Shown: piece by piece, positions 24,386-32,000 of the stretch
How the letters are laid out: every line of letters begins with the position of its first letter
How positions within the stretch are numbered: position 1 is the first letter of the stretch
Origin: an uncultured Chloroflexia bacterium
GTDB lineage: Bacteria > Chloroflexota > Ktedonobacteria > Ktedonobacterales > JADMIN01
Assembly (NCBI GenBank): GCA_963718915.1
Contig: CAVRAI010000003.1
Location: forward strand, 630,001-662,000
Direction of reading: 5' to 3'
DNA length: 32,000 bases
Notes under the pieces: model-generated
Told to the model about the DNA's origin: nothing
Database searches by the model: none
What the model saw: only the letters and a program-made list of their open reading frames with translations
Made by a program: the position numbers and the translations under genes

Positions 24386-25345
24386 TCAGAGAATCGCCAG
24401 CGGGTTGACTGGTGAGCCTGTTCCGCCGGTGATGCGTAGTGGAGCCGCGACGAAGAGAAACTCCCAGCGTCCAGCCTGCTCGCAGGCGGCGCGGAGGTCT
24501 TCTAACTGCAGATAGTCCAGCAGGTGGACACCCAGCGCGTTGATCGCCAGGACGTGGATCGGGAAGCCAACGCCGTCGGTGGGGCTCGGCGCGGTATCGC
24601 TGTTCCCATCGGAACCCAGCGCGGCAACCCGACGCTCGGCGACGAACGACATCGCGGTCGGATGCAGGCCAGCCTTGAGCCGCGCCGTATCCCACGGCCC
24701 AAGCTCGCTGAGTCGCCGGACGTGGCCGGTACGCACCAGGAGGATGTCGCCCTCGCCAACGGCAATGCCCTGTGCGCGCTCCGCCGCCTCGAGATCATCA
24801 CGGAAGATGTGCTCGCCTGGCTCGATCCAGGGTACGCCGCGCAGGCGCGGGATGTCGAGCAGGACACCGCGACCGACGAGTCCGTCTTTCAGGACGTCAA
24901 TCGCGTCGACCGTCGCTCCATCCGTCGTCACGGTATCGTCCCGCTGCGCATTGTACAGGAGCCTCTGATAGTCAACGTGGCACAGCGCATCAATGTGTGT
25001 ATGGCCATCGTTATGATAGTCCACGCCAATGTAATCCTTGACGAAGTGGAGTGCTTCCGAGCCGCTGTCGTCCTCACCAGCCGCGATAATGCCTGGCATA
25101 ATCATATGGTGCACGGCGGGTCTGGGATTGTCGATCGCTGCCTGCGTGTTCAACGGCAGACTCAGCGAGAGGCTGACACCGTCGCGTACGAGCCGGGCAG
25201 ATGCCGCGACACGCTGAGGGGTGAGATAGTGCAGCGCCCCACGCTGGTCTTGTGCGCCCCAGTGGCCCCACCGCTTCATCTCCTGAAAGAGTGTGTCGAA
25301 CTCGTCCGCAGTGAGATGCGCGTCGTCTGTGCGCTGCTGATCCAT
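24386..25345 (-). CDS. cyclase family protein (kynurenine formamidase-like fold)
   Basis: ATG 25345 has AAGGGAGA SD. The metal-binding-like motif DYHNDGHTHIDALCHV resembles the HxGTHxDxPxH motif of the putative cyclase family. Confidence 0.7.
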   Translation of the reverse strand: MDQQRTDDAHLTADEFDTLFQEMKRWGHWGAQDQRGALHYLTPQRVAASARLVRDGVSLSLSLPLNTQAAIDNPRPAVHHMIMPGIIAAGEDDSGSEALHFVKDYIGVDYHNDGHTHIDALCHVDYQRLLYNAQRDDTVTTDGATVDAIDVLKDGLVGRGVLLDIPRLRGVPWIEPGEHIFRDDLEAAERAQGIAVGEGDILLVRTGHVRRLSELGPWDTARLKAGLHPTAMSFVAERRVAALGSDGNSDTAPSPTDGVGFPIHVLAINALGVHLLDYLQLEDLRAACEQAGRWEFLFVAAPLRITGGTGSPVNPLAIL

Positions 25346-25700
25346 AGGTCGATCTCCCTTTCGCTCCGTAGCCAGTACTCGAACTATGGCACATATGCAC
25401 ATTGATCGGCGCCAGGATACGTTGTATCCATCGGCTCGCCTCCAGGCGGATCAAATCGGGGCAGGAAGCGGGTCACGCAGCCGTGGATGCCCTCGTTGCG
25501 CGTCTGAAACAGGCGCATGACTGGCCTTGCGGGTAGGTGGAAAACTCGCCGCACATACTCCACCATCAACCGGGGCGCGCATGGACCAGCCGACACACTA
25601 TTGTACGGTGTCACTATAGGCGCTATAGGCGTTTTCCGAAGATTTGCTCGCCGAGAATCGGTGTAATCTCCGTTTGACCGCTAACCAGGGAGCAGAAGTT

Positions 25701-27038
25701 ATGAAACGGATCGTGGTGCTCGGCGGCGGGTTCGGTGGTATCGCCGCCGCGCAGCGTTTGGATCGCCAGTTTCGTCACGACGACGACGTCGAGATCGTCC
25801 TGGTGAGCAATACCAACTTTCTCGTCTACACCCCGATGCTGGCCGATGTCGCCGGTGGGACCATCGAGCCACGCCACGCTGTTCCGCCGGTGCGGGCCTT
25901 CCTCAAGAAAGCCCACTTCCGCGAGGCATTCGTCAAGAGCATCGACGTTGCCAACCAAACGGTGCATGGGATGCTGATCAACGGAGACAGCGCCGACGTG
26001 CAGTATGACTACCTCGTCATCGCGCTGGGCGCCGTGACCAACTACAGTCATGCCACGGGGGCAGCTGAGTATGCGCTCGGTTTGAAAGACCTGTTCGACG
26101 CCTTCCGTTTGCGCAACCGCGCGCTGACGATGCTCGAATGGGCCAATACCACGCGCGACCCGGTGCAGCGCCGGGAGATTCTGACTTTTGTGATGGCGGG
26201 CGGTGGCTTCTCTGGCGTCGAAGGGATAGCCGCGCTTGAGGATCTGCTGCGTGGGTCGTTGCGGTACTACCACGACATTAATCCAGACGACCTGCGGCTG
26301 ATTCTCGCGCCCCACGGCGAGCGCCTGCTCACCGAGGTGGACGCGCGGCTGGGGGCGTATGTCGTGGAGAAGTTCGCGCGGCGGACAATCGATGTGCGGC
26401 TGGGCGTGGGGGTGACTGCCGTGACCGAACGCACCGCGACCCTCTCGACCGGCGAGGTCATCCCGACGCGGACAGTAATCTGGACGGGTGGCATCATGGT
26501 CAATCCCGTTTTGCAGAGCGCCGACCTGCCCAAAAACAAGCACAATGCGATCCAGGTCAACGACCAACTCCAGGCGCTCAATCATCCAGAAGTCTTCGTG
26601 CTGGGTGACTGCGCCGCGGTGCCAACCCCTGACGGCCAGGGTTTCTATTCTCCGACCGCGCAGAACGCGATCCGCGAAGGCCCAGTCGCCGCGGCCAACA
26701 TCGCCGCCGCGATTTGCAAGACCGGGAAGACGAGGAATTTCACCTACAAGCCCATCGGCAGTCTGGCGAGCCTGGGCCATCGCCAGGCCGTCGCGCAGAT
26801 TGGCAGCATCCAGCTCTCTGGTCTGCCCGCCTGGTTCGCCTGGCGCGGCATCTACCTTGCCAAGCTGCCAACCTTCTCCGACAAGGTGCGGATTGGGTTG
26901 GACTGGGTCACCGACCTCTTCGCGCCCGTCGATACGATGCAGATTCCTATCGTTCGGGAGAATGCGGCATCCATCGGTGGCCTGGAGACTCTTGTGGCGT
27001 CTCATGGAACCATGCCGTCCGCGCCTGCCATCGGATGA
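25701..27038 (+). CDS. ndh: type II NADH:quinone oxidoreductase (NDH-2), NAD(P)/FAD-dependent
   Basis: MKRIVVLGGGFGGIAAA is the first dinucleotide fold and FVMAGGGFSGVEG the second. The length, the VFVLGDCA motif and the FTYKPIGSLASLG segment are typical of NDH-2. Confidence 0.8.
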   Translation: MKRIVVLGGGFGGIAAAQRLDRQFRHDDDVEIVLVSNTNFLVYTPMLADVAGGTIEPRHAVPPVRAFLKKAHFREAFVKSIDVANQTVHGMLINGDSADVQYDYLVIALGAVTNYSHATGAAEYALGLKDLFDAFRLRNRALTMLEWANTTRDPVQRREILTFVMAGGGFSGVEGIAALEDLLRGSLRYYHDINPDDLRLILAPHGERLLTEVDARLGAYVVEKFARRTIDVRLGVGVTAVTERTATLSTGEVIPTRTVIWTGGIMVNPVLQSADLPKNKHNAIQVNDQLQALNHPEVFVLGDCAAVPTPDGQGFYSPTAQNAIREGPVAAANIAAAICKTGKTRNFTYKPIGSLASLGHRQAVAQIGSIQLSGLPAWFAWRGIYLAKLPTFSDKVRIGLDWVTDLFAPVDTMQIPIVRENAASIGGLETLVASHGTMPSAPAIG

Positions 27039-27083
27039 TAGGCGCACTCTGGGCAAAACAACGTGAAGCGAAGGAGAAGCGCT

Positions 27084-28688
27084 ATGGCCTCGGGTGACCA
27101 GTTCGACGTGATTATCATTGGGACCGGCGCTGGTGGCGGCACGCTTGCCTACCATCTGGCGCCCTCCGGCAAACGCATCCTGTTGCTGGAACGCGGCGAC
27201 TTCCTTCCGCGCGAGCTGGAGAACTGGGACGCCGAGGCCGTGTTCGTCAAGAACCGCTACATTTCTCCGGACACCTGGTATGACGCCAACGGCAAATCAT
27301 TCCAGCCCCAGGTCCACTACGTCGTCGGCGGGGCGACCAAAATGTATGGCGCCGCGCTCTACCGACTGCGCAAAGAAGACTTCGGCGAGCTGCGCCACCA
27401 GGATGGCGTCTCGCCTGCCTGGCCAATCAGCTACGATGAGATGGAGCCGTACTACACGTATGCCGAGCAGTTGTATCAGGTGCATGGTCAGCATGGCGAA
27501 GACCCAACAGACCCACCCGCAAGCGCGCCTTATCCATGGCCAGCGGTCTCCCATGAGCCGCGCATGCAACAACTCTACGATGATTTGCGGCGGAACGGAT
27601 ATCATGCCTTCCACGCGCCCTGCGGCATCCTGCTCAATGAGCAGGATCGCGCCGCCAGCACCTGTATCCGCTGCCAGACCTGCGATGGCTATCCATGTCT
27701 CGTGCATGCTAAGTCGGATGCGGAGGTCATCGCGGTGCGCCCGGCGCTGGAATTCCCCAATGTCACCTTGCTGAGACATGCGCCGGTGGTGCAACTCAAC
27801 ACCGGCCCCACCGGCCGCGAGGTGACCGAGGTGGTGGTCGAGCGTGACGGCGCCCGCGAAGTCTATCACGGCGATATTGTCGTCGTCTCGTGCGGCGCGG
27901 CGAACTCGGCGAAGCTGCTGTTGATGTCGGCTAACGACAAGCATCCACATGGGTTGGCTAATGGGTCGGACCAGGTCGGGCGCAACTACATGTTCCACAA
28001 TAGCCGGGCGGTGCTAGCCGTCTCGACGGGACTCAACGACACCACCTTTGAGAAGACGCTCGGCTTGAACGACTTCTACTTGAAAGGTGTCGATGGGTTC
28101 GACTATCCAATGGGCAACATCCAGATGACGGGCAAGTCGGTCGCGCCGATGTATCGCGGCGAGAAGCCGCGGCTAACCATGCTCGCGCCGACCTGGTCAC
28201 TCAAGGACGTAGCTCTCCACGCCGTAGACTTCTGGCTTTCCACCGAGGATCTCCCGAGGCCTGACAATCGCGTTACGGTCGATGCGCAGGGGAACATCAC
28301 GCTTAGCTACACACCAAATAATCAGGCAGCCGCCGACAGGCTCTACGAGCAACTCAAAGCGATGCTGCCCCATCTCGGCTTCCAACAGGGGCACTTGATT
28401 CAACGTGATCTCTACCTGCAGACGGAGATTCCGATCGCGGGTGTTGGCCACCAGGCTGGCACGTGTCGCTTTGGCGCTGATCCCGCAACCTCGGTGCTGG
28501 ATACCAGTTGCCGCGCCCATGAGGTGGACAATCTCTATGTGGTGGACACGAGCTTCTTCCCGAGCATCGGCGCGGTCAATCCTGCGCTCACTGCCATGGC
28601 GAACGCTGTGCGTGTAGGCGATCACATCTTGGAACGGCTCGGTGTGGCAACGCCCGCATTGACCGTGAGCGGGAGTCGCATCCACTGA
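27084..28688 (+). CDS. GMC family oxidoreductase (FAD flavoprotein, substrate unknown)
   Basis: AAGGAGA SD precedes ATG 27084. FDVIIIGTGAGGGTLAYHLA is the FAD fold. CIRCQTCDGYPC is a Cys cluster. The C-terminal GTCRFG...NLYVVDTSFFPSIGAVNPALT is the GMC C-terminal signature. Confidence 0.8.
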   Translation: MASGDQFDVIIIGTGAGGGTLAYHLAPSGKRILLLERGDFLPRELENWDAEAVFVKNRYISPDTWYDANGKSFQPQVHYVVGGATKMYGAALYRLRKEDFGELRHQDGVSPAWPISYDEMEPYYTYAEQLYQVHGQHGEDPTDPPASAPYPWPAVSHEPRMQQLYDDLRRNGYHAFHAPCGILLNEQDRAASTCIRCQTCDGYPCLVHAKSDAEVIAVRPALEFPNVTLLRHAPVVQLNTGPTGREVTEVVVERDGAREVYHGDIVVVSCGAANSAKLLLMSANDKHPHGLANGSDQVGRNYMFHNSRAVLAVSTGLNDTTFEKTLGLNDFYLKGVDGFDYPMGNIQMTGKSVAPMYRGEKPRLTMLAPTWSLKDVALHAVDFWLSTEDLPRPDNRVTVDAQGNITLSYTPNNQAAADRLYEQLKAMLPHLGFQQGHLIQRDLYLQTEIPIAGVGHQAGTCRFGADPATSVLDTSCRAHEVDNLYVVDTSFFPSIGAVNPALTAMANAVRVGDHILERLGVATPALTVSGSRIH

Positions 28689-28721
28689 GGCAATAGGTCG
28701 CTTGATTCCGGCGCGCGTATG

Positions 28722-28737
28722 TGTGGATAGAGTCACA
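28722..28737. promoter_or_regulatory. CRP/FNR-family-like palindrome TGTGG-N6-TCACA upstream of cydA
   Basis: tgtggatagagtcaca has one mismatch to TGTGA-N6-TCACA. Its centre is ~73 nt upstream of the cydA ATG. It is embedded in a longer imperfect inverted repeat (28718-28752). Confidence 0.3.
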
Positions 28738-28802
28738 TCCCACATGTGTAGCGCAGACCAGAGAGGCCTGAGCAAAGCGATCCGAGAGAATGGAGCGCGC
28801 CG

Positions 28803-30146
28803 ATGAGTTCGGACGTTGCTGCTCGCGCGTCATTGGCGGTCTCGTTGGCCTTTCACATTGTCTTCGCCGCAGTGGGCATCGGCCTGCCGCTCATGTTCTG
28901 CATCGCCGAAGGCATTGGTCTGCGCAAGCGCGACGCCACCTGGTATACCCTGGCGCGGCGCTGGAGCCGGGCGGCTGGCATCCTCTTCGTCGTCGGCGCG
29001 GTCTCCGGCACCGCCCTCTCATTCGAGTTCGGACTGCTCTGGCCGCGCTTCATGGCCTTTGGGTCAGGCATCTTTGGGCTGATGTTCACTTTCGAGGGTT
29101 TCTGCTTCTTCCTGGAGGCGATCTTTCTGGGCCTTTATCTCTTTGGCTGGGATCGCCTCTCACCCCGCACCCATTGGCTCTGCTCGTTTCCCGTGGTGAT
29201 AACAGGAGCGCTCGCCTCGCAGTTTATTCTGTCGGTCAACTCGTGGATGAACACGCCGACTGGCTTCACGCTCGCCAATGGCACGGCGACAAACATCGAT
29301 CCGATTGCAGCGATGTTCAACCCCATGGCGCCCTCGCAGGCGATCCATATGCTCGTCGCGGCGTATCAGGTCACTGGCTTTACCATCGCTGCGGTATATG
29401 CCGCTGGCCTGCTCCGTGGTCGCAACGATAGCTATCACCGGCGGGGCGTGCTGCTTGGGATGATCGTCGCGGCGGTGATGATTATCCCGCAAGCGATTGC
29501 CGGAAGCTGGATTGGCGAGGCGCTCGCGCGCAACCAACCGCAGAAGCTGGCAAGCATCGAAGGCCTGTTTCAGACCACCGCGCATGCGCCGCTGGCGCTC
29601 TTTGGATGGGTGGACACGGCGGCGCAGCAGATCTATTTTGCCATCAATATCCCGGACATGCTGAGCTTCCTTGCGTTTAATCACTTCGACGCCAGCGTCA
29701 CTGGCATGGACGCCTTTGCGGAGAATACGTGGCCTGGACCTGTGCTCGTGCCAATTGCCCACCTGGCCTTCGATACGATGGCGACCCTGGGCGGGCTCTT
29801 CCTGCTCGTACCCCTCGTCTTCTGGTTCGTCTACTTTCGGCAGCACAAGACCGTGCCGACTGCGCGCTGGCTGCTCTGGGTGCTGTTGATCTGTAGCCCG
29901 CTGACGTTTGTTGCCCTCGAGGCGGGTTGGGTGACAGCCGAGCTAGGGCGGCAGCCCTGGATCATTTACAACATCATGCGGACCAGCGACGGCGTCACAA
30001 CCAATGGCGGCGTCGCGTTCTTCTTCTTTGTCTTCTTGGCCATTTATATCGCACTGGCGATAGCCACCATCGGGTTGCTGCGGCGGCTCGCGCGCGAACG
30101 CAAGACGTTTAACCCGGAGAAGAAAGTGATCGGCAGTGCCGAATAG
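28803..30146 (+). CDS. cydA: cytochrome bd ubiquinol oxidase subunit I (short Q-loop type)
   Basis: LAVSLAFHIVFAAVGIGLPLM holds the conserved His in helix 1. FEFGLLWPRF, EGFCFFLEAIFLGLYLFGW and GWVTAELGRQPW are CydA hallmarks. 447 aa. Confidence 0.9.
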   Translation: MSSDVAARASLAVSLAFHIVFAAVGIGLPLMFCIAEGIGLRKRDATWYTLARRWSRAAGILFVVGAVSGTALSFEFGLLWPRFMAFGSGIFGLMFTFEGFCFFLEAIFLGLYLFGWDRLSPRTHWLCSFPVVITGALASQFILSVNSWMNTPTGFTLANGTATNIDPIAAMFNPMAPSQAIHMLVAAYQVTGFTIAAVYAAGLLRGRNDSYHRRGVLLGMIVAAVMIIPQAIAGSWIGEALARNQPQKLASIEGLFQTTAHAPLALFGWVDTAAQQIYFAINIPDMLSFLAFNHFDASVTGMDAFAENTWPGPVLVPIAHLAFDTMATLGGLFLLVPLVFWFVYFRQHKTVPTARWLLWVLLICSPLTFVALEAGWVTAELGRQPWIIYNIMRTSDGVTTNGGVAFFFFVFLAIYIALAIATIGLLRRLARERKTFNPEKKVIGSAE

Positions 30147-30233
30147 CGTGTTGGTGCTCGTCGTCCCAGACAGGCGCGCCTGCCACGACAGATTGCCCCA
30201 TGCGCTGACACATTCAAGAGCAGGCGGTGTCCC

Positions 30234-31565
30234 ATGTCACAGAGCACCCTGGCTGCTTTGGCCGCGGCCCTCGCCTGGGTGGCGTTGATCGCCTATGCCG
30301 TGCTCGGGGGCGCGGATTTCGGCGGCGGGATCTGGGATTTGCTGGCCAGAGGACCGACGGCCGAGCGTCAGCGCGCGGTCATAGCCCGTGGCATGGGACC
30401 TGTCTGGGAGTCCAACAACGTCTGGCTCATCTTTGTGCTGGTGGTCACCTGGACGGCTTTCCCCATTGTCTACGCTGGGATCTCGACCGCTCTCTTCATC
30501 CCTATTACACTGGCCGTCATTGGCATTGTGCTGCGCGGGGCGGCGTTCAGCTTTCGCTCGAACTACGGCCGGGAAATCGGGTCAGGCGTGCGCTGGGGCT
30601 ATGCCTTCAGCATCGCGAGCACAATCACACCATTTCTCTTTGGCACGATGGCTGGGGCGCTGGCGAGTGGTAACATTCGTGTCTCAACTGGACCATCTCT
30701 GCAGGTACAAGCCAACCCGTGGACGACCTGGACGACCCCCTTCGCCCTCGCCTGTGGCCTGTTTGCGGTCGCGCTCTGCTCGGTCCTTGCGGCGACTTAC
30801 CTCACCATTGATGCACGCAAGGCGGGAGACAACGCAGTCGCCGAGGGCTTCCGGCTGCGTGCGCTCATCGCTGGCGCTGTGACTGCGGCGCTGGGGGCGC
30901 TGTCGGCGGTGCTCGCGATCTCCGAGGCGCCCACCTTCTGGCAAGGGTTGATCGGCAAGGCCCTGCCATTCACCATCGCCGCAGTGGTGATTGGCCTGGC
31001 TACGGCCGCCGCGTTGCTGCGTCACCTCGATTATCTTGCCCGCGTCCTGGTGGCAGCGGAGACGGCGTGTATCTTCCTGGCCTGGGGTGTTGCCCAATGG
31101 CCGTATTTGATCGTGCCAGATGTGACGGTAGATAATGCCGCTAGTCCAGCCTCTGTGCTCGGACCGCTGTTGATTGTCTCCCTCCTTGGTCTGGTAATTC
31201 TCTTGCCTTCGCTCTGGTATCTTTTTACAGTCGTCAAGCGTACCCCGAGGCCCAGCACACCTTCGGCTGGGGCTAGGGTCACGACGGCTGCCTTCGTCGC
31301 ATCACTCCCGCTCGCCGAGCCTGAGGCGCCGTCACCGCGCACCGAACCGATGTCCGCGCAAGCCTCGGCGGTTGTGTTGCCGGGTGGCCCAACCATGCAA
31401 CGGATTGTGCCAGTGCTCACAGCATTGTTCGCGATCGCCGCCGCCCCCCTCATTACCAGTATGCTAGAAGGCATGAGTCGCGGCATGCATCGTGGCATGC
31501 AGCAGGGCCTTGAGCGTGTCCAGCGTCGGCGCAACCAACGGCATCGGAGCGCGCACGCACATTAA
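30234..31565 (+). CDS. cydB: cytochrome bd ubiquinol oxidase subunit II with ~100-aa C-terminal extension
   Basis: AYAVLGGADFGGGIWDLL, GPVWESNNVWLIF and the position after cydA identify it. The canonical part ends near residue ~337 (LWYLFTVVKR). An extra Pro/Ala linker, a TM helix and a basic tail follow. Confidence 0.85.
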   Translation: MSQSTLAALAAALAWVALIAYAVLGGADFGGGIWDLLARGPTAERQRAVIARGMGPVWESNNVWLIFVLVVTWTAFPIVYAGISTALFIPITLAVIGIVLRGAAFSFRSNYGREIGSGVRWGYAFSIASTITPFLFGTMAGALASGNIRVSTGPSLQVQANPWTTWTTPFALACGLFAVALCSVLAATYLTIDARKAGDNAVAEGFRLRALIAGAVTAALGALSAVLAISEAPTFWQGLIGKALPFTIAAVVIGLATAAALLRHLDYLARVLVAAETACIFLAWGVAQWPYLIVPDVTVDNAASPASVLGPLLIVSLLGLVILLPSLWYLFTVVKRTPRPSTPSAGARVTTAAFVASLPLAEPEAPSPRTEPMSAQASAVVLPGGPTMQRIVPVLTALFAIAAAPLITSMLEGMSRGMHRGMQQGLERVQRRRNQRHRSAHAH

Positions 31566-31631
31566 TACCAACCATGAACAAAAGAGGTCATTCCTTCTGC
31601 TGTAAGAGGCTGCTAGCCAGGGAGCGTGAGA

Positions 31632-32000
31632 ATGTTGGATTTAAGCTCATTTGATATCACCGTAGCGATTGAGATTTTCTTCTTGCTGCTGATTGGTGTT
31701 GGTCCCAAGATTGCACTGGTTCCTTTTCTCGAGTTGACCGCAAAGATGGACAAGCAGACCAAGGATAAGGTTGTTCGCAAGATGCTGAGCACGGCATCCA
31801 TCACCGCTGTTTTGCTCATGATATTCGGCGGGCTGCTGACAAGGCTGCTCCATTTTTCTACGGGCGCATTGGCCATCGCTGGAGGGATCATTTTGCTCGT
31901 GATCTCGATGGCAATGGTTCTCAGTCGCGGCGAGAGACAGACGCAGCACGATGCGCCAGTCGCCAGCGATCCCATGAAGCTCGCCGTCTTTCCACTCGCG
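31632..32000 (+). CDS. MarC family (UPF0056) integral membrane protein, N-terminal 123 codons; continues beyond the window
   Basis: Not in the ORF track because there is no stop in the window. Manual translation from ATG 31632 (AGGGAG SD) gives MLDLSSFDITVAIEIFFLLLIGVGPKIALVPFLELTAKMDKQTKDKVVRKMLSTASITAVLLMIFGGLL...DPMKLAVFPLA, which carries MarC-family motifs. The minus ORF 31613..31975 is a shadow. Confidence 0.7.
   Translation, partial: MLDLSSFDITVAIEIFFLLLIGVGPKIALVPFLELTAKMDKQTKDKVVRKMLSTASITAVLLMIFGGLLTRLLHFSTGALAIAGGIILLVISMAMVLSRGERQTQHDAPVASDPMKLAVFPLA

Noticed and set aside
23442-24695. 417-aa minus-strand ORF
   Set aside because: It spans three real genes in antisense or out of frame: the 147-aa protein, the SDR and the cyclase 3' end. 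Its Arg/Gly/Pro-rich composition marks it as a shadow ORF.
25384-25614. 76-aa minus-strand ORF in the cyclase/ndh divergent intergenic region
   Set aside because: It has no SD and no recognisable motif, and it overlaps the likely promoter regions. There is not enough evidence to call a gene.
25623-27155. 510-aa minus-strand ORF, and the 24524..25405 plus ORF
   Set aside because: They are antisense to the NDH-2 and cyclase-family genes respectively. Both real genes have clear cofactor or metal motifs; these ORFs have none.

Overview
High-GC bacterial chromosomal segment with gene content typical of Actinomycetota- or Chloroflexota-type genomes. I can support 32 protein-coding genes. I recognise no rRNA, tRNA, CRISPR array, transposase, integrase or phage gene. 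Gene blocks from left to right: (1) minus strand: arylsulfatase (cut by the window edge), a LURP-one-related protein and a SulP/STAS anion permease. (2) A lipobox-bearing Thr/Pro-rich membrane protein whose QGGQPY-repeat tail sits in a different reading frame. (3) A five-gene envelope-stress operon: Asp23, Asp23, AmaP, DUF2273, DUF202. (4) An SCP2-domain protein, then a GDE-type amylo-alpha-1,6-glucosidase convergent with, and overlapping, a GT4 glycosyltransferase. (5) A co-directional plus-strand run of membrane or stress genes: 4-TM protein, SHOCT protein, DUF6325, DUF1269, K+ channel, PLD-type cardiolipin synthase, a hypothetical protein and DUF2254. (6) A lipoprotein, a DAO-family FAD oxidoreductase and a ClC channel that is frame-broken as sequenced. 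(7) A hypothetical protein, an SDR and a cyclase-family protein. (8) A respiratory block of NDH-2, GMC flavoprotein and cytochrome bd CydA/CydB, followed by a low-GC MarC-family gene. Most long ORFs on the opposite strand are high-GC shadow ORFs. I found no clear new multi-gene system such as a defence, toxin or biosynthetic cluster. The most unusual signals are mostly non-coding. They are a roughly 65-nt element conserved upstream of two unrelated genes, and helically phased direct repeats shared between stress- and ion-gene leaders. They also include a duplicated anti-SD/SD-like arrangement before the cardiolipin synthase gene and many short tandem duplications. Coding-level leads are two apparent -1 frame breaks, an adjacent DUF6325/DUF1269 paralogue pair and a CydB with a roughly 100-aa extra C-terminal transmembrane segment. 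All functional calls come from motif recognition by eye; no database search was run.
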